Below, one piece after another: positions 39,052 to 48,972 of a stretch of DNA of 64,000 bases. This stretch comes from Caldilineaceae bacterium (GTDB taxonomy: Bacteria > Chloroflexota > Anaerolineae > Caldilineales > Caldilineaceae). The position numbers and the translations under genes are program-made. The stretch lies in NCBI GenBank assembly GCA_965214895.1, contig OZ243985.1, positions 110,100 through 174,099 of the forward strand, in the 5' to 3' direction. Numbering within the stretch: position 1 is the first letter of the stretch; each line of letters begins with the position of its first letter. Under the pieces are notes generated by a model that did no database searches, was not told where the DNA came from, and saw only the letters and a list, made by a program, of their open reading frames with translations.

Positions 39052-39918
39052 ATGGCATACGGTTATGGAGACTACCAGTATGAGGTTCAGGAAGGCTGGT
39101 TCCAGCCTCCAGAGGGGTACAGCTTTGGCTGGATCCCGGCGGTCGCCTGCGATTCGCTGGACCGGGTCTACGTCTACTCCCGCTCGGAACACCCGATGGT
39201 GGTCTTTGATCGGGACGGCAACTTTCTGACTTCCTGGGGAGAAGACGTGCTGTCCGATGCCCACGGCATCTACATCGACCACCACGACTTCATCTACTGC
39301 ACGGAACGCAACACGCACTGCGTGCGCAAATTCACCCGCGACGGCGCACTGCTGATGACCATCGGCACTCCCGGAGCTCCCGGCCAGCAGGACGGCGCCC
39401 CCTTCAATCTGCCTACGGATCTGGATGTCGCGCCCAATGGAGATCTGTACATCTCGGACGGGTACGGCAATGCCCGGGTGCATCGGTATTCCAGCACGGG
39501 GGAGCTCCTGCACTCCTGGGGCACCTGGGGGGATCAACCTGGCCAGTTTGCCCTGTCCCACTGCGTCCGCATAGATCGGTACGAACGGGTCTGGGTGTGC
39601 GATCGTGAAAACAGCCGCATTCAGATCTTCGATCTGGAAGGCAACTTCCTGACCCAGTGGCGGGGTCTGGCCAAACCGGACACCATCTACTTCCACCCGC
39701 AGGAAGACGTGGTCTACATCGCGGAGCTGGAGCAGCAGGTCAGCATCTATTCCTTTGACCAGCAACTGCTGTCCCAGTGGGGAGGCCGCAAGGCCAGCCG
39801 CAAGCCAGGGGAATTCCTGGCCTTTCCCCACGGCATCTGGGCCGACTCCCGGGGAGACCTGTATGTGGGTGAAGTGCAGGCCGACGGCCGCCTGCAGAAG
39901 TTCATTCGCCAACCGTAG
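39052..39918 (+). CDS. NHL-repeat beta-propeller protein
   Basis: ATG 39052 after AGGAGA. Repeated NHL-type units, e.g. 'PTDLDVAPNGDLYISDGYGNARVHRY' and 'VWVCDRENSRIQIFDLEGNFL'. Confidence 0.75.
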   Translation: MAYGYGDYQYEVQEGWFQPPEGYSFGWIPAVACDSLDRVYVYSRSEHPMVVFDRDGNFLTSWGEDVLSDAHGIYIDHHDFIYCTERNTHCVRKFTRDGALLMTIGTPGAPGQQDGAPFNLPTDLDVAPNGDLYISDGYGNARVHRYSSTGELLHSWGTWGDQPGQFALSHCVRIDRYERVWVCDRENSRIQIFDLEGNFLTQWRGLAKPDTIYFHPQEDVVYIAELEQQVSIYSFDQQLLSQWGGRKASRKPGEFLAFPHGIWADSRGDLYVGEVQADGRLQKFIRQP

Positions 39919-39924
39919 GCCATT

Positions 39925-42636
39925 ATGCCCAGGCACACTGTGGCTGTGGACCGCCAGCCTCTGGACCTGACAGTCAACGGCCAGACCCATACGGTCGAGG
40001 TCACCCCCCACACCTCTCTGCTGCAGGTGTTGCGGGAGGATCTGCATCTCAAAGGGGCCAAGGACGCATGCGGCCTCGAACAGTGCGGCGCCTGTCGCGT
40101 CATCATGGATGGCGAAGCCCTGCCCGCCTGCCGCCTGCCGGCTCGGGCAGCGGCCGGCAAGGACCTGGTCACGGTGGAAGGTCTGGCCGCTGGGGGGCGG
40201 CTCAGTCCCCTGCAGGAGGCCTTCGTCAAGGAGCAGGCGATTCAGTGCGGATACTGCGTCGCCGGGATGCTCACGGCCGGGTCCGCGCTGCTGCATCGGA
40301 ATCCCCACCCGTCCCTGGCCGACATTCAGGCGGCCCTGCAGCGCAATCTTTGTCGCTGTGGCGTGTATCCACGCGTCATCCGGGCCATCCAAAGGGCCGC
40401 AGGCCAGATTCCGGACCACCCCATATACAAGGTCATTGAACCCGAGGCCTCGTCCATCCCGGAACCGGAGTCCGCGCCGCGCCCTCTCCCCCAGTCGTTG
40501 CAGACACATCCCGACCTGGACGACTGGATGCACTTCCGGGAAGACGGCACTGTGGATTTCTTCACCGGCAAGGTGGAACTGGGCCAAGGCATTGTCACCG
40601 CGCTGTCACAGGTGGTGGCCGAAGAGCTGGACATGCGGATGGATCAGGTGCACATCCACACGGCGGACACGGCTCGCTCGCCGGACGAAGGCACCACCGC
40701 CGGCAGCATGTCGCTGGAAGTCTCCGGGGGAGCGCTGCGCCAGGCCGCGGCCGAGGTGCGCCACCATCTCCTGCTGTGGGCCGCCGAGGAATGGAATGTG
40801 CCTTGGGAAGACCTGTCGGTGCAGGAGGGCCTGGTCACTCACGCGGCCAGCGGCCAGCAGGCCAGCTACTGGGAGTTGCTGCAAGGCCAGCCGTTGGGCA
40901 TTCAGGCTTCGGGCGTGATCGCTCCCAAGCCCCCCAGCCAATACACGTTGGTGGGACAGCCCGTGCCCCGGCTGGACCTGAACGCCAAAGTCCAGGGTCA
41001 GGCCAGTTTTCTGCAGGACATGGACATGCCGAGGATGTTGCATGCCCGGATTGTGCGCGGCCCCTATGCCCAGGCCAGACGCACGGGGTACCAACCGTCT
41101 GTCCTGGACCAGCTGCCGGAACCAGCCGACATTGTGGAAGACGGGCAGTTTCTGGCGGTCGTGAGCGAACGTGAAGACAATGTCCACACCGCGTCGCTCC
41201 TGCTGTCCGCATCCTGCACCTGGGAAACCCCCGAAACGTTGCCCGGTACCCAGCATCTCTATGCCGCCATGGACCAGGCAGCCTCCCAGGACTATCAGGT
41301 GGTGGACGGCTGGCCCGTGGCCACTCCCCTGCCGTGCCAGGAGGAGTGGCCCCACCCCCATCAGGTGCAGGCCCGTTTTGCGCGTCCGTATCAGATGCAC
41401 GCCTCGCTGGGGCCCTCCTGCGCCATGGCCTTGCGCGCAGCGGATCAGCTGACAGTCTGGTCCCATAGCCAAGGCATATTCTCCCTGCGGGATGCCTTGG
41501 CCCAGGTGCTGCAATGGCCTCCGGCCAAGCTGCGGGTCATTCATGTCGAAGGTCCTGGCTGCTACGGACACAACGGAGCGGATGATGTGGCCTTGGATGC
41601 CTGCCTGTTGGCCCTGCGCTATCCTGGCCGACCCGTGCGCGTGCTGTGGACCCGGGAGGACGAGTGCATCTATGAGCCGTATGGCACTGCCATGCTCATG
41701 GATGTCTCGGCCGCGCTGGACGAGCAGGGAGACTTGGCCGCCTGGCGGCAGGAGATCCGCGGCTACACCCATTTGGGCCGCCCCCACGCCACGGATGACA
41801 ACACCGCCACCCTGCTGGCCGCCTGGCAGCTGGCAGAGGCCTGGCCGCAGTATCAGCCCCAGGCCAGCACCGGCCGCCACGTGGGTCTGCATCGCAACGG
41901 CACGCCCCCATACCGCATGCCCGAGAGTGTCACAATCGTGCATTTCCTGCCGGAACAGCTGCTGCGGGTCTCTGCCATGCGCTCCCTGGGGGCTTTTCCC
42001 AACATCTTTGCGGTTGAATCCACCATGGATGAACTGGCCGCCAGGGCCGGGGAAGACCCCTTCGCTTTCCGGTTGCGCCACTTGGACGATGCGCGCGGCC
42101 GGGCCGTACTGCAGTTGCTGGCAGAGCAGATGGCGGATGCCCGAGAGCAGGCTGCCGCCACCCCGGGGCAGGGCTGGGGCATCGCCTACGCCCGATACAA
42201 GGATCAACAGACGTACGCCGCCGTGGGCGTGACGCTGGCCGTGGAGGCAAGGACCGGTGAAGTGCACCTGCAGGAAGCCTTCATCACTGCGGATGCGGGC
42301 CAGATCGTGAATCCGGACGGGCTCAGCGCCCAACTGGAGGGCGGCCTGATTCAGGCCGCCAGCTGGACTCTGCATGAAGAAGTGGCCTTCAACCGGCAGG
42401 GTGTGACCTCCATTGACTGGGACACATATCCCATCATGCGATTGCCCGCGGCGCCCCAGATTCACACCTGTCTGATTCGTCGCGCAGGATATCCTGTCAT
42501 GGGAGCTGGCGAGGCAGCCATGTGCCCCGTGCCCGCGGCCATCGCCAATGCCATCTACACTGCGGTGGGCGTGCGCCTCCGCGAAATCCCTTTCCGCCCG
42601 GAGCGAGTGCGCGCGGCCCTTGCGGCATCGGCGTAG
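39925..42636 (+). CDS. Fused [2Fe-2S]-binding / molybdopterin-dependent oxidoreductase (xanthine dehydrogenase family, IorA-IorB-like fusion)
   Basis: The N-terminal ~150 aa carry both 2Fe-2S clusters ('GLEQCGACRV', 'QCGYCVAGM', 'NLCRCGVY'). A Pro-rich linker follows, then a ~730-aa molybdopterin-binding subunit ('GKVELGQGI', 'GCYGHNGADD', 'GAGEAA'). Confidence 0.9.
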   Translation: MPRHTVAVDRQPLDLTVNGQTHTVEVTPHTSLLQVLREDLHLKGAKDACGLEQCGACRVIMDGEALPACRLPARAAAGKDLVTVEGLAAGGRLSPLQEAFVKEQAIQCGYCVAGMLTAGSALLHRNPHPSLADIQAALQRNLCRCGVYPRVIRAIQRAAGQIPDHPIYKVIEPEASSIPEPESAPRPLPQSLQTHPDLDDWMHFREDGTVDFFTGKVELGQGIVTALSQVVAEELDMRMDQVHIHTADTARSPDEGTTAGSMSLEVSGGALRQAAAEVRHHLLLWAAEEWNVPWEDLSVQEGLVTHAASGQQASYWELLQGQPLGIQASGVIAPKPPSQYTLVGQPVPRLDLNAKVQGQASFLQDMDMPRMLHARIVRGPYAQARRTGYQPSVLDQLPEPADIVEDGQFLAVVSEREDNVHTASLLLSASCTWETPETLPGTQHLYAAMDQAASQDYQVVDGWPVATPLPCQEEWPHPHQVQARFARPYQMHASLGPSCAMALRAADQLTVWSHSQGIFSLRDALAQVLQWPPAKLRVIHVEGPGCYGHNGADDVALDACLLALRYPGRPVRVLWTREDECIYEPYGTAMLMDVSAALDEQGDLAAWRQEIRGYTHLGRPHATDDNTATLLAAWQLAEAWPQYQPQASTGRHVGLHRNGTPPYRMPESVTIVHFLPEQLLRVSAMRSLGAFPNIFAVESTMDELAARAGEDPFAFRLRHLDDARGRAVLQLLAEQMADAREQAAATPGQGWGIAYARYKDQQTYAAVGVTLAVEARTGEVHLQEAFITADAGQIVNPDGLSAQLEGGLIQAASWTLHEEVAFNRQGVTSIDWDTYPIMRLPAAPQIHTCLIRRAGYPVMGAGEAAMCPVPAAIANAIYTAVGVRLREIPFRPERVRAALAASA

Positions 42637-43814
42637 CAGACAATCTGGCGCCCAGAATCCACTGTGCCTGCTGACGGACGGGAGTTGGCGGTGTCCATGG
42701 AAGCACGTCCGTACAGGGTCGATGGTCCCGGTGCCGCGGCCATGGCCGCCCGTCAGACAGACGTACAGCGGCCCCAGGACGCGCGGCAGCAAGGCCACGA
42801 AGCGGGCATGACAGGGCCGCGCGGGCAACGCGGAGCACAGAGAGGGCGAGACCTGGAGGGTGTAATGGCGCTTGCAGTTCCGAGAGCGGCTCCGAGGACA
42901 GGGCATCCGGATCGTCACGATCTCGCGGGAGGACAGCCGGGGCCCGTCGCCGGCTCCGCGCTCCGGAGCCAAGTTGCCACCGCGGCTACGCCGGCTCGCA
43001 CGGTGGGCAGCAATCATCGCCAGGACCGTACAGAGCGCGTAGACTCCTGGGGGACACATCGGGGCTGTTGCACAGTACCCAAGGATACCCGCCGAGGGCC
43101 CGCGGTGTCCTTCCTTGTCCCCAACTCACGTTGAACAGGGAGTATGAGCCTTCGGAGAGGCATGGAGGAGCGAGTTCGACGTGGTGTTCCAGCGTCTTTC
43201 CCTTTTCATTTGGCCGCGTAGCGCCAAGTCAAATCCCACGGATACAGGAACCGCGGTCCCCAGTCGAGCTTCCCCTTCAGTTTCTTCAAAGACAATCGTG
43301 GTGTCCCCGGTCTCGTGCACAAGTTCGATGCAAGCGTTTGTCACATCCAATCGGGCAGTGGAGCCATCGATCCGCACACAAGTCGGCCAATTTCCTGGCC
43401 GACTTGTGCTCCATGGCACTGAGCAGCCCTTCAATGCAGGCTCAGGCCCGACGGCGCGCTTCCGACCGGCGAAACAAGGGCCCCGTGGCAGGGGCCGACA
43501 TCGGGGCTCCAGAGGGACAGGAGCAGACGGCCCTTGTATCATCTACAATTGTGGTATTGGCAGATAGCCCGGTGTCGAGGGTCCTCTGTTCCTGCCTCAC
43601 AGGGGGGTTGGCAGGGTCAAAGGACTATATTCGCAGAGAGGAGTGCATTCAAGACGGAGTGCTCTGCCGCATCTGGCCAGATGCTAGAGCCACAATACAT
43701 CGCTGGACCCGGTGTCGGCCCCCAAGGTGGCCTGCGGCCTGACCGGCGACATGGGCCAGAACAGAAAATCGGTTCCGCCGCGATACCCATTTGATACCAC
43801 AAGGGAACGGCAAG

Positions 43815-44711
43815 ATGGCATCCCCCAAGATCCACAAGAAACCCAGCAAGACCGCTGAAATAGCGGCAGCGGTCCGCGCGGATGTCTACAAATATCAGGC
43901 GCAGCCCGTGTACCAAGACGATTTGGCCATGCACTTTACCGGCCCCTTGTGGGGCGCTGTCTTGGCCCACAGGTTCATACGCGACTTCGTCGTAAACCGG
44001 ATCCTGACCAAAACCTTTCCCACCAGTCCCTGCATCGTGCTGCGAGCCATATTCGGGGAGGAACAGATTGCCCAAGGCATGGCCTCCGGCATAGACCAAT
44101 ATGTGATGCTGGGAGCAGGCTACGACACGTTCGCCATGCGTCGGCCCGACCTGTTGGACCGCCTGGCCATTTATGAATTGGACCAGCAGGCAACCCAAAC
44201 GGAAAAGCTCCGCAGAATGGCCAAGGCCCACATTCCACGGCCCCGCAACACCCGCTATGTCGCTGCCGATTTGAGCCAAGAGAATCTGTATGACGTCCTT
44301 GTAGCCGCCGGCTTGGACCCCACAAGACCCGCCATGTTCTCCTGGTTCGGCGTGACGTACTATCTGACCCACGCGGCCATCGCACAGACGTTGCAGACCA
44401 TCGCCGCCCGTATGGCACCCGGTTCCTATGTCTTCTTCGACTATTTGGCAGATCTGGCGACGACACCTCCATCCTGGCAGATCGTACAGAAAAAAGCGGC
44501 TGCGTTCGTGGCCAAACGGGGCGAACCATGGATCGCCAGCTTTGATCCTGCGCAGATCCCAGCCTACCTGCAGGAGCTGGGATACACAGGCATAGAACAT
44601 CTGCCGCCGCCAGAAATCACCGGGCGCTATCTGGCTGGACGCACGGACATTGCATATCCGGAATTCATCGGTTTCTGCCGGTCCATCACATCCGGCCCCG
44701 CACACTTCTGA
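43815..44711 (+). CDS. SAM-dependent methyltransferase, leucine carboxyl methyltransferase (LCMT / TIGR00027) family
   Basis: Motifs 'QYVMLGAGYDT', 'IYELDQ', 'MFSWFGVTYYL'. I prefer ATG 43815. The track ORF opens at TTG 43791. Confidence 0.8.
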   Translation: MASPKIHKKPSKTAEIAAAVRADVYKYQAQPVYQDDLAMHFTGPLWGAVLAHRFIRDFVVNRILTKTFPTSPCIVLRAIFGEEQIAQGMASGIDQYVMLGAGYDTFAMRRPDLLDRLAIYELDQQATQTEKLRRMAKAHIPRPRNTRYVAADLSQENLYDVLVAAGLDPTRPAMFSWFGVTYYLTHAAIAQTLQTIAARMAPGSYVFFDYLADLATTPPSWQIVQKKAAAFVAKRGEPWIASFDPAQIPAYLQELGYTGIEHLPPPEITGRYLAGRTDIAYPEFIGFCRSITSGPAHF

Positions 44712-45123
44712 CTCCTTGCTCCGCAGGCACGGTGGATTGCCGCCGCCGTGCCATGTGCCGGGGCGCAAGTGTACGCCTTGGGTCTCTGCAGGGCTGGGGT
44801 TGCTGCTCCCACGCTGAACACGAGGATGGGTGGACCAGAGCAGCATTGGCATAACCTTGCCGCCAGTCGAGTCTCCGGTGCCGCGCGCAGGACCCCTTCA
44901 CCACCGCGGATTCCGGCCCGAGACACCTTCCATGAACGGGAGCCGCGCTCCCAGCATGCGATGGCACGACTCTGTAATTTATATGTGTCTGATCCGTTGC
45001 CAAGGGTATCCTGTCATGGGACAGGCGATTCCGGCCGGGCTCCCGCTGTGCGGGCTCCTGCCACCGACAGCCCTGTCTGAACCATCTGGGCCTGTTGCGG
45101 GCCTGACACGGAAAGGAGTTGTT

Positions 45124-45990
45124 ATGTCTGCCTCACCTGCCAACCTGGAAACCGCGATCCTGGGCCGCACCGGGCTGGAAGTCACGCGCCTGGGCTATGG
45201 TGCCGCGCACCGCCGCGCCTTGACCGACGATCAAATCGGAAACATCCTCAACGCCGTGCTGGACGCGGGGATCACCTTCATTGACACAGCCAACGACTAC
45301 GGCAACAGCGAGGAAATGATCGGCCGATACATCCGGCATCGACGGGACGAATATGTATTGGCCACCAAATGCGGCTGCACCCCTGAAGACAACTGGGGCC
45401 ATCTCTGGACCCGGGAGAACCTTTTCCGCGGCCTGCATGAAAGCCTCGAGCGCATGCGGGTGGACTCGGTGGACATCATGCAGCTGCACAATCCGTCTGT
45501 GGAGGACTGCGAGACGGGAGGACTGGTACAGGCTCTGGAAGACATGCGCCAGCAGGGCAAGGTGCGCTGGATTGGGGTCTCCTCCACGTTGCCGCATTTG
45601 CCCAACTTCCTGGAATGGGGCGTATTCGATGTCTTTCAGATTCCCTATTCCGGCCTGGAGCGGGAACATGCAGAGTGGATCACCAAGGTGGCGGAGCAGG
45701 ATGCCGGCACCATCATTCGCGGCGGCGTGGCCCTGGGGGAACCCCAGGTAGGCACCGGCTCCGCGACGCAATGGGATCGCTTCCAGAAGGCCCAACTGGA
45801 CGATCTGCGGGATTCCGGAGACTCCCGGACCGCATTCCTGCTGCGCCTGACCCTGGCACACCCGCATATGCACTCCACCATCGTGGGCACCACGAATCCG
45901 GACCACCTCAAGGAGAATGTGGAGGCTGCAGCCAAGGGCCCGCTGCCGCCGGATGTAGCGGCCAAGGCCCTGCAGCGCCTTGGCGGGTAG
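45124..45990 (+). CDS. Aldo/keto reductase
   Basis: ATG 45124 after AAAGGAG. Motifs 'GRTGLEVTRLGYGA', 'FIDTANDYGNSEE', 'VLATKCG', 'DIMQLHNP'. The upstream 98 codons of the track ORF are not coding-like. Confidence 0.9.
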   Translation: MSASPANLETAILGRTGLEVTRLGYGAAHRRALTDDQIGNILNAVLDAGITFIDTANDYGNSEEMIGRYIRHRRDEYVLATKCGCTPEDNWGHLWTRENLFRGLHESLERMRVDSVDIMQLHNPSVEDCETGGLVQALEDMRQQGKVRWIGVSSTLPHLPNFLEWGVFDVFQIPYSGLEREHAEWITKVAEQDAGTIIRGGVALGEPQVGTGSATQWDRFQKAQLDDLRDSGDSRTAFLLRLTLAHPHMHSTIVGTTNPDHLKENVEAAAKGPLPPDVAAKALQRLGG

Positions 45991-46041
45991 CCCGCAGGCA
46001 AGAACTCGCCGCTGGCCCCTTGCAACCCCTCGGCGACAGGC

Positions 46042-46656
46042 CTACGCCTCCTGCCGCCGAGCCAGTTGTTCCAGCAGTCCGCGTGCGGCTTGCATGGCCT
46101 TGTACCTATGGCCCAGCTTGTCTTTGACCGCTGAACCCAGCTCTGCATAGGAACGGGTTTCGCCCTCCGGAACAAAGAGGGGATCATAGCCAAAACCCAG
46201 ATGGCCGCGCATTTCGGTCAGCAGAAATCCTTTGCTGACACCCCGAAACTCTCCACAGATGCCTGTCTGGGGCTTGGCCAAAGAGACAACACAGACGAAT
46301 TGCGCTTGCCTTTGTCCCGTCGGGACATGCTCCATGTTGCGCAGCAGGTGCAGGCAGCGTTCGGCGTCGGTCAGTCCCGGCCCTCCGTACCGGGCGCTGT
46401 AGATGCCGGGCCCGCCATCCAAGGCAGCCACTTCCAAGCCGCTGTCATCCGCCAGCGCAAGCAGACCTGACTGGTCTGCGTAGCCACAGGCTTTCAGCCG
46501 GGCATTCTCCTCGAAAGTCTGGCCCGTCTCCGCCACGGTCTGGACATTGGGCACTGAGTCCAAGCCCACCAAGCGGAAGGACAGGTTCTGCAGCAGACGG
46601 CGCAGGGTTTCCACCTTGCCCGGGTTGCCCGTGGCGACAAGAAGTGTGCGTTTCAA
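46042..46656 (-). CDS. rdgB: Non-canonical purine NTP pyrophosphatase (dITP/XTP pyrophosphatase, Ham1/RdgB)
   Basis: Motifs 'LLVATGNPGKVET', 'ADDSGLEV', 'GPGIYSARY', 'GFGYDPLF'. The TTG start at 46654-46656 sits 7 nt after GGAAGGAGG. The track ORF's longer N-terminus is unlikely. Confidence 0.9.
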   Translation of the reverse strand: MKRTLLVATGNPGKVETLRRLLQNLSFRLVGLDSVPNVQTVAETGQTFEENARLKACGYADQSGLLALADDSGLEVAALDGGPGIYSARYGGPGLTDAERCLHLLRNMEHVPTGQRQAQFVCVVSLAKPQTGICGEFRGVSKGFLLTEMRGHLGFGYDPLFVPEGETRSYAELGSAVKDKLGHRYKAMQAARGLLEQLARRQEA

Positions 46657-47114
46657 TTGTGAACCTCCTTCCTTGCTTCTTCGGCGACTTTGCAGGGCTC
46701 CGCGGGGCAGGGTCTTGCTTCTGAAAGACTGCCCGCGGTCCTCACATATCTCAATGCTCAACACCTGGTGCAGGAGTGCGGCTTTTTGGAATTCCAGCGA
46801 TCCAGGGAAGCCTGCAAAGGGGTGACGAGCTCAATGTCGGCAACAATACACTTGCACAGTCGAAGGTGAATCAGGAGAATTGGCCGATGGCGTCAATTGA
46901 ATTATGTAGTTTCTATAGTCAATCAAGACAGAGAGTGTACTTTCGACTGAATTCGCCCTGGATAACGTTTGCCAATATCTGGCGAATCCGTTCTGTACAG
47001 TGACTTCAACCGCAAAATTCCTGTGCCCATACATTACCTTCAACTGGGTAGGTCCTGCATATGTCAGGACATGCTGTGCCACTTGGGCCAATGGCCAAGA
47101 TATAGCACACTGAA

Positions 47115-48236
47115 ATGGACAATGGTCGGCATGAGTTTGCCAAGACGGCACCTTACCCATCCGTAGGACCATCCCAGCTGTTCAAACGCCAGCTTCGTTT
47201 GCTGACTCTGCTTTACGCCTTCGGCAGTTCTGTCGGAAGAACCGACTTTCAGAAGATGCTCTTCCTCTACTGCCAAGAGCACCCTTCCTCTGATCGGGCC
47301 GGCACTGGCCTGTACGAATTCATTCCGTACAAGTTCGGCGCCTTTTCGTCTACGTGCGACGCGGATTTGCACCGTCTCCGCAGACACGGACTGCTTTGTG
47401 AAGGCGAGCCTTGGAAACTCACAGAAGAGGGCAGGCTCATTGGAAGTGAGTGTCAGGACAGCTCAGTGCGCGCATTCGTTGGCCGGTATGCCAGAAAGCG
47501 GGGCAACAGGCTCATCAAGGAAACGTACCTTCGTGTTCCCTATTGCGCCATCCGGAGTGAAAAAGCCGAGATCCTCATCCGGGACAGACCCGCTGCACTG
47601 CAGCGAATCAGGGCAGCAAAACCCAAGGCCGCCGGAACGCCGCTTCTGACCGTCGGTTATGAAGGCAGAATGTTGGAAGGCTACTTCAACCTCCTGCTGC
47701 GCTCGCATGTAACCATTCTTTGTGACGTACGCCGCAATCCCATCAGCCGCAAATATGGATTTTCAAAGTCCACACTTGCTCAAATCTGCAGCAAGCTGGC
47801 CATTCGCTGCGAGCATTTGCCCGAGCTGGGTGTTGAGTCGAAAGATCGTCGGGGACTCGAAACGCAGGGGGAATCCAGACATCTGTGCAGGACGTACACG
47901 AAGAGGATCCTGGAACGTCAGGGCGATGCCTTGACAACAATTCTCGCTTGGCTCTGTTCCGGTGAGACTGTCGCCCTGACCTGCTATGAACATGAGCCAT
48001 CTCAATGCCATCGACACTGTATAGTGGCAGCACTCAAGCCCCCAAGCGTTGCGCATCGCATCCCCAATCCCTTTCAGCCACTGTTTCCTGGAACCTATGC
48101 CCTGTGTCCTGCAATCAAAGAGCATTTCCACATCGCGCCCCAGCGTCGTTGTCAACGTGATGTCAGCCAAGCATCCGCTGTCCCGGTTGCTTGTACTCGC
48201 CCTGCTGGGGTTGCTGATGGCGCTCACAGCCTGTGA
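47115..48236 (+). CDS. DUF488 domain protein fused to an N-terminal DUF4065/GepA-like (tentative) domain
   Basis: C-terminal half: 'LLTVGYEGRMLEGYFNLLLRSHVTILCDVRRNPISRKYGFSKSTL...VALTCYEHEPSQCHRHCIV' (DUF488 pattern). N-terminal half: 'FQKMLFLYCQE...LYEFIPYKFGAFSSTCDADLHRLRRHGLL'. The last ~25 codons overlap the next gene, so the true 3' end may be earlier. Confidence 0.7.
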   Translation: MDNGRHEFAKTAPYPSVGPSQLFKRQLRLLTLLYAFGSSVGRTDFQKMLFLYCQEHPSSDRAGTGLYEFIPYKFGAFSSTCDADLHRLRRHGLLCEGEPWKLTEEGRLIGSECQDSSVRAFVGRYARKRGNRLIKETYLRVPYCAIRSEKAEILIRDRPAALQRIRAAKPKAAGTPLLTVGYEGRMLEGYFNLLLRSHVTILCDVRRNPISRKYGFSKSTLAQICSKLAIRCEHLPELGVESKDRRGLETQGESRHLCRTYTKRILERQGDALTTILAWLCSGETVALTCYEHEPSQCHRHCIVAALKPPSVAHRIPNPFQPLFPGTYALCPAIKEHFHIAPQRRCQRDVSQASAVPVACTRPAGVADGAHSL

Positions 48237-48720
48237 CGCAGGTGACATCAACATGCGCCAGACCGATTCCGGGCAGAACGCGGCGGAAGCGCAGTGGAAG
48301 GCACAGATTGTCCAAGAGCCGGGAAACCGCTCCTTCCGGCAGTTCCATCCTGCCAAGGACGCGAGTCCGAGACAGGGGGTCATCCTGCGGTTCTCACGCG
48401 GCATCAGGCTGTGGGCTCAATACGCCCAAGACGGCCATGCCATCCACGAGTGGGAGATCAGCGCCGAAAGCTACAGCATTGAGGGGAAAGTGGGGGGTGC
48501 GACAGTCACGGTCTACTTCGACGAACCAAGTTCGACTCAAGGATTTCCAACCTCGTGTGAGGACTGCATACAGACCGAGGGCCTTTCGATCTCCATCCGG
48601 GACGTGTTTGACAGCGAGAAGATTTCCTTCAGGCTGAATGATCCTGAAAGAGTGTTGCCCCCGCCCTTCCCTGTGTTTGCATCATGGACGAGGTTTGAGG
48701 AGAGCGAGTACATCGAATGA
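48160..48720 (+). CDS. Putative lipoprotein
   Basis: Signal peptide with lipobox: 'MSAKHPLSRLLVLALLGLLMALTAC|DAG'. I cannot name the family. Confidence 0.6.
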   Translation: MSAKHPLSRLLVLALLGLLMALTACDAGDINMRQTDSGQNAAEAQWKAQIVQEPGNRSFRQFHPAKDASPRQGVILRFSRGIRLWAQYAQDGHAIHEWEISAESYSIEGKVGGATVTVYFDEPSSTQGFPTSCEDCIQTEGLSISIRDVFDSEKISFRLNDPERVLPPPFPVFASWTRFEESEYIE

Positions 48721-48972
48721 CCGCCAGCACGGTCCCCATCTTCTCGAATCACCCAGATGCCTGGCCAAGGGGCTGATCCCGAAGTCTGGCAGTGCGCGCG
48801 GGGCGTGCCAGGCAGCCCCATTCCCAACTGCCGGATCCCTCGGTCCGGCGGCCAGACCATCCAAAGACGAATATCCTGTGGCTCAGGCCGGGGGATTCGG
48901 TGAGTGGCCCAGTGCAATGGGCACCGGTAGCGACGTCAAGGAGAGGGGAGAAGCATGCTTCTCCTGCATCCG

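Noticed and set aside
46831-47030. Two mutually antisense small ORFs in the AT-rich stretch upstream of the DUF488 gene. One is plus-strand 46887-47003 (38 aa, AGGAG 9 nt upstream). The other is minus-strand 46831-47030 (66 aa, GAAGGT upstream).
   Set aside because: At most one can be real. Neither has a recognisable family or composition that settles it. They need expression data.
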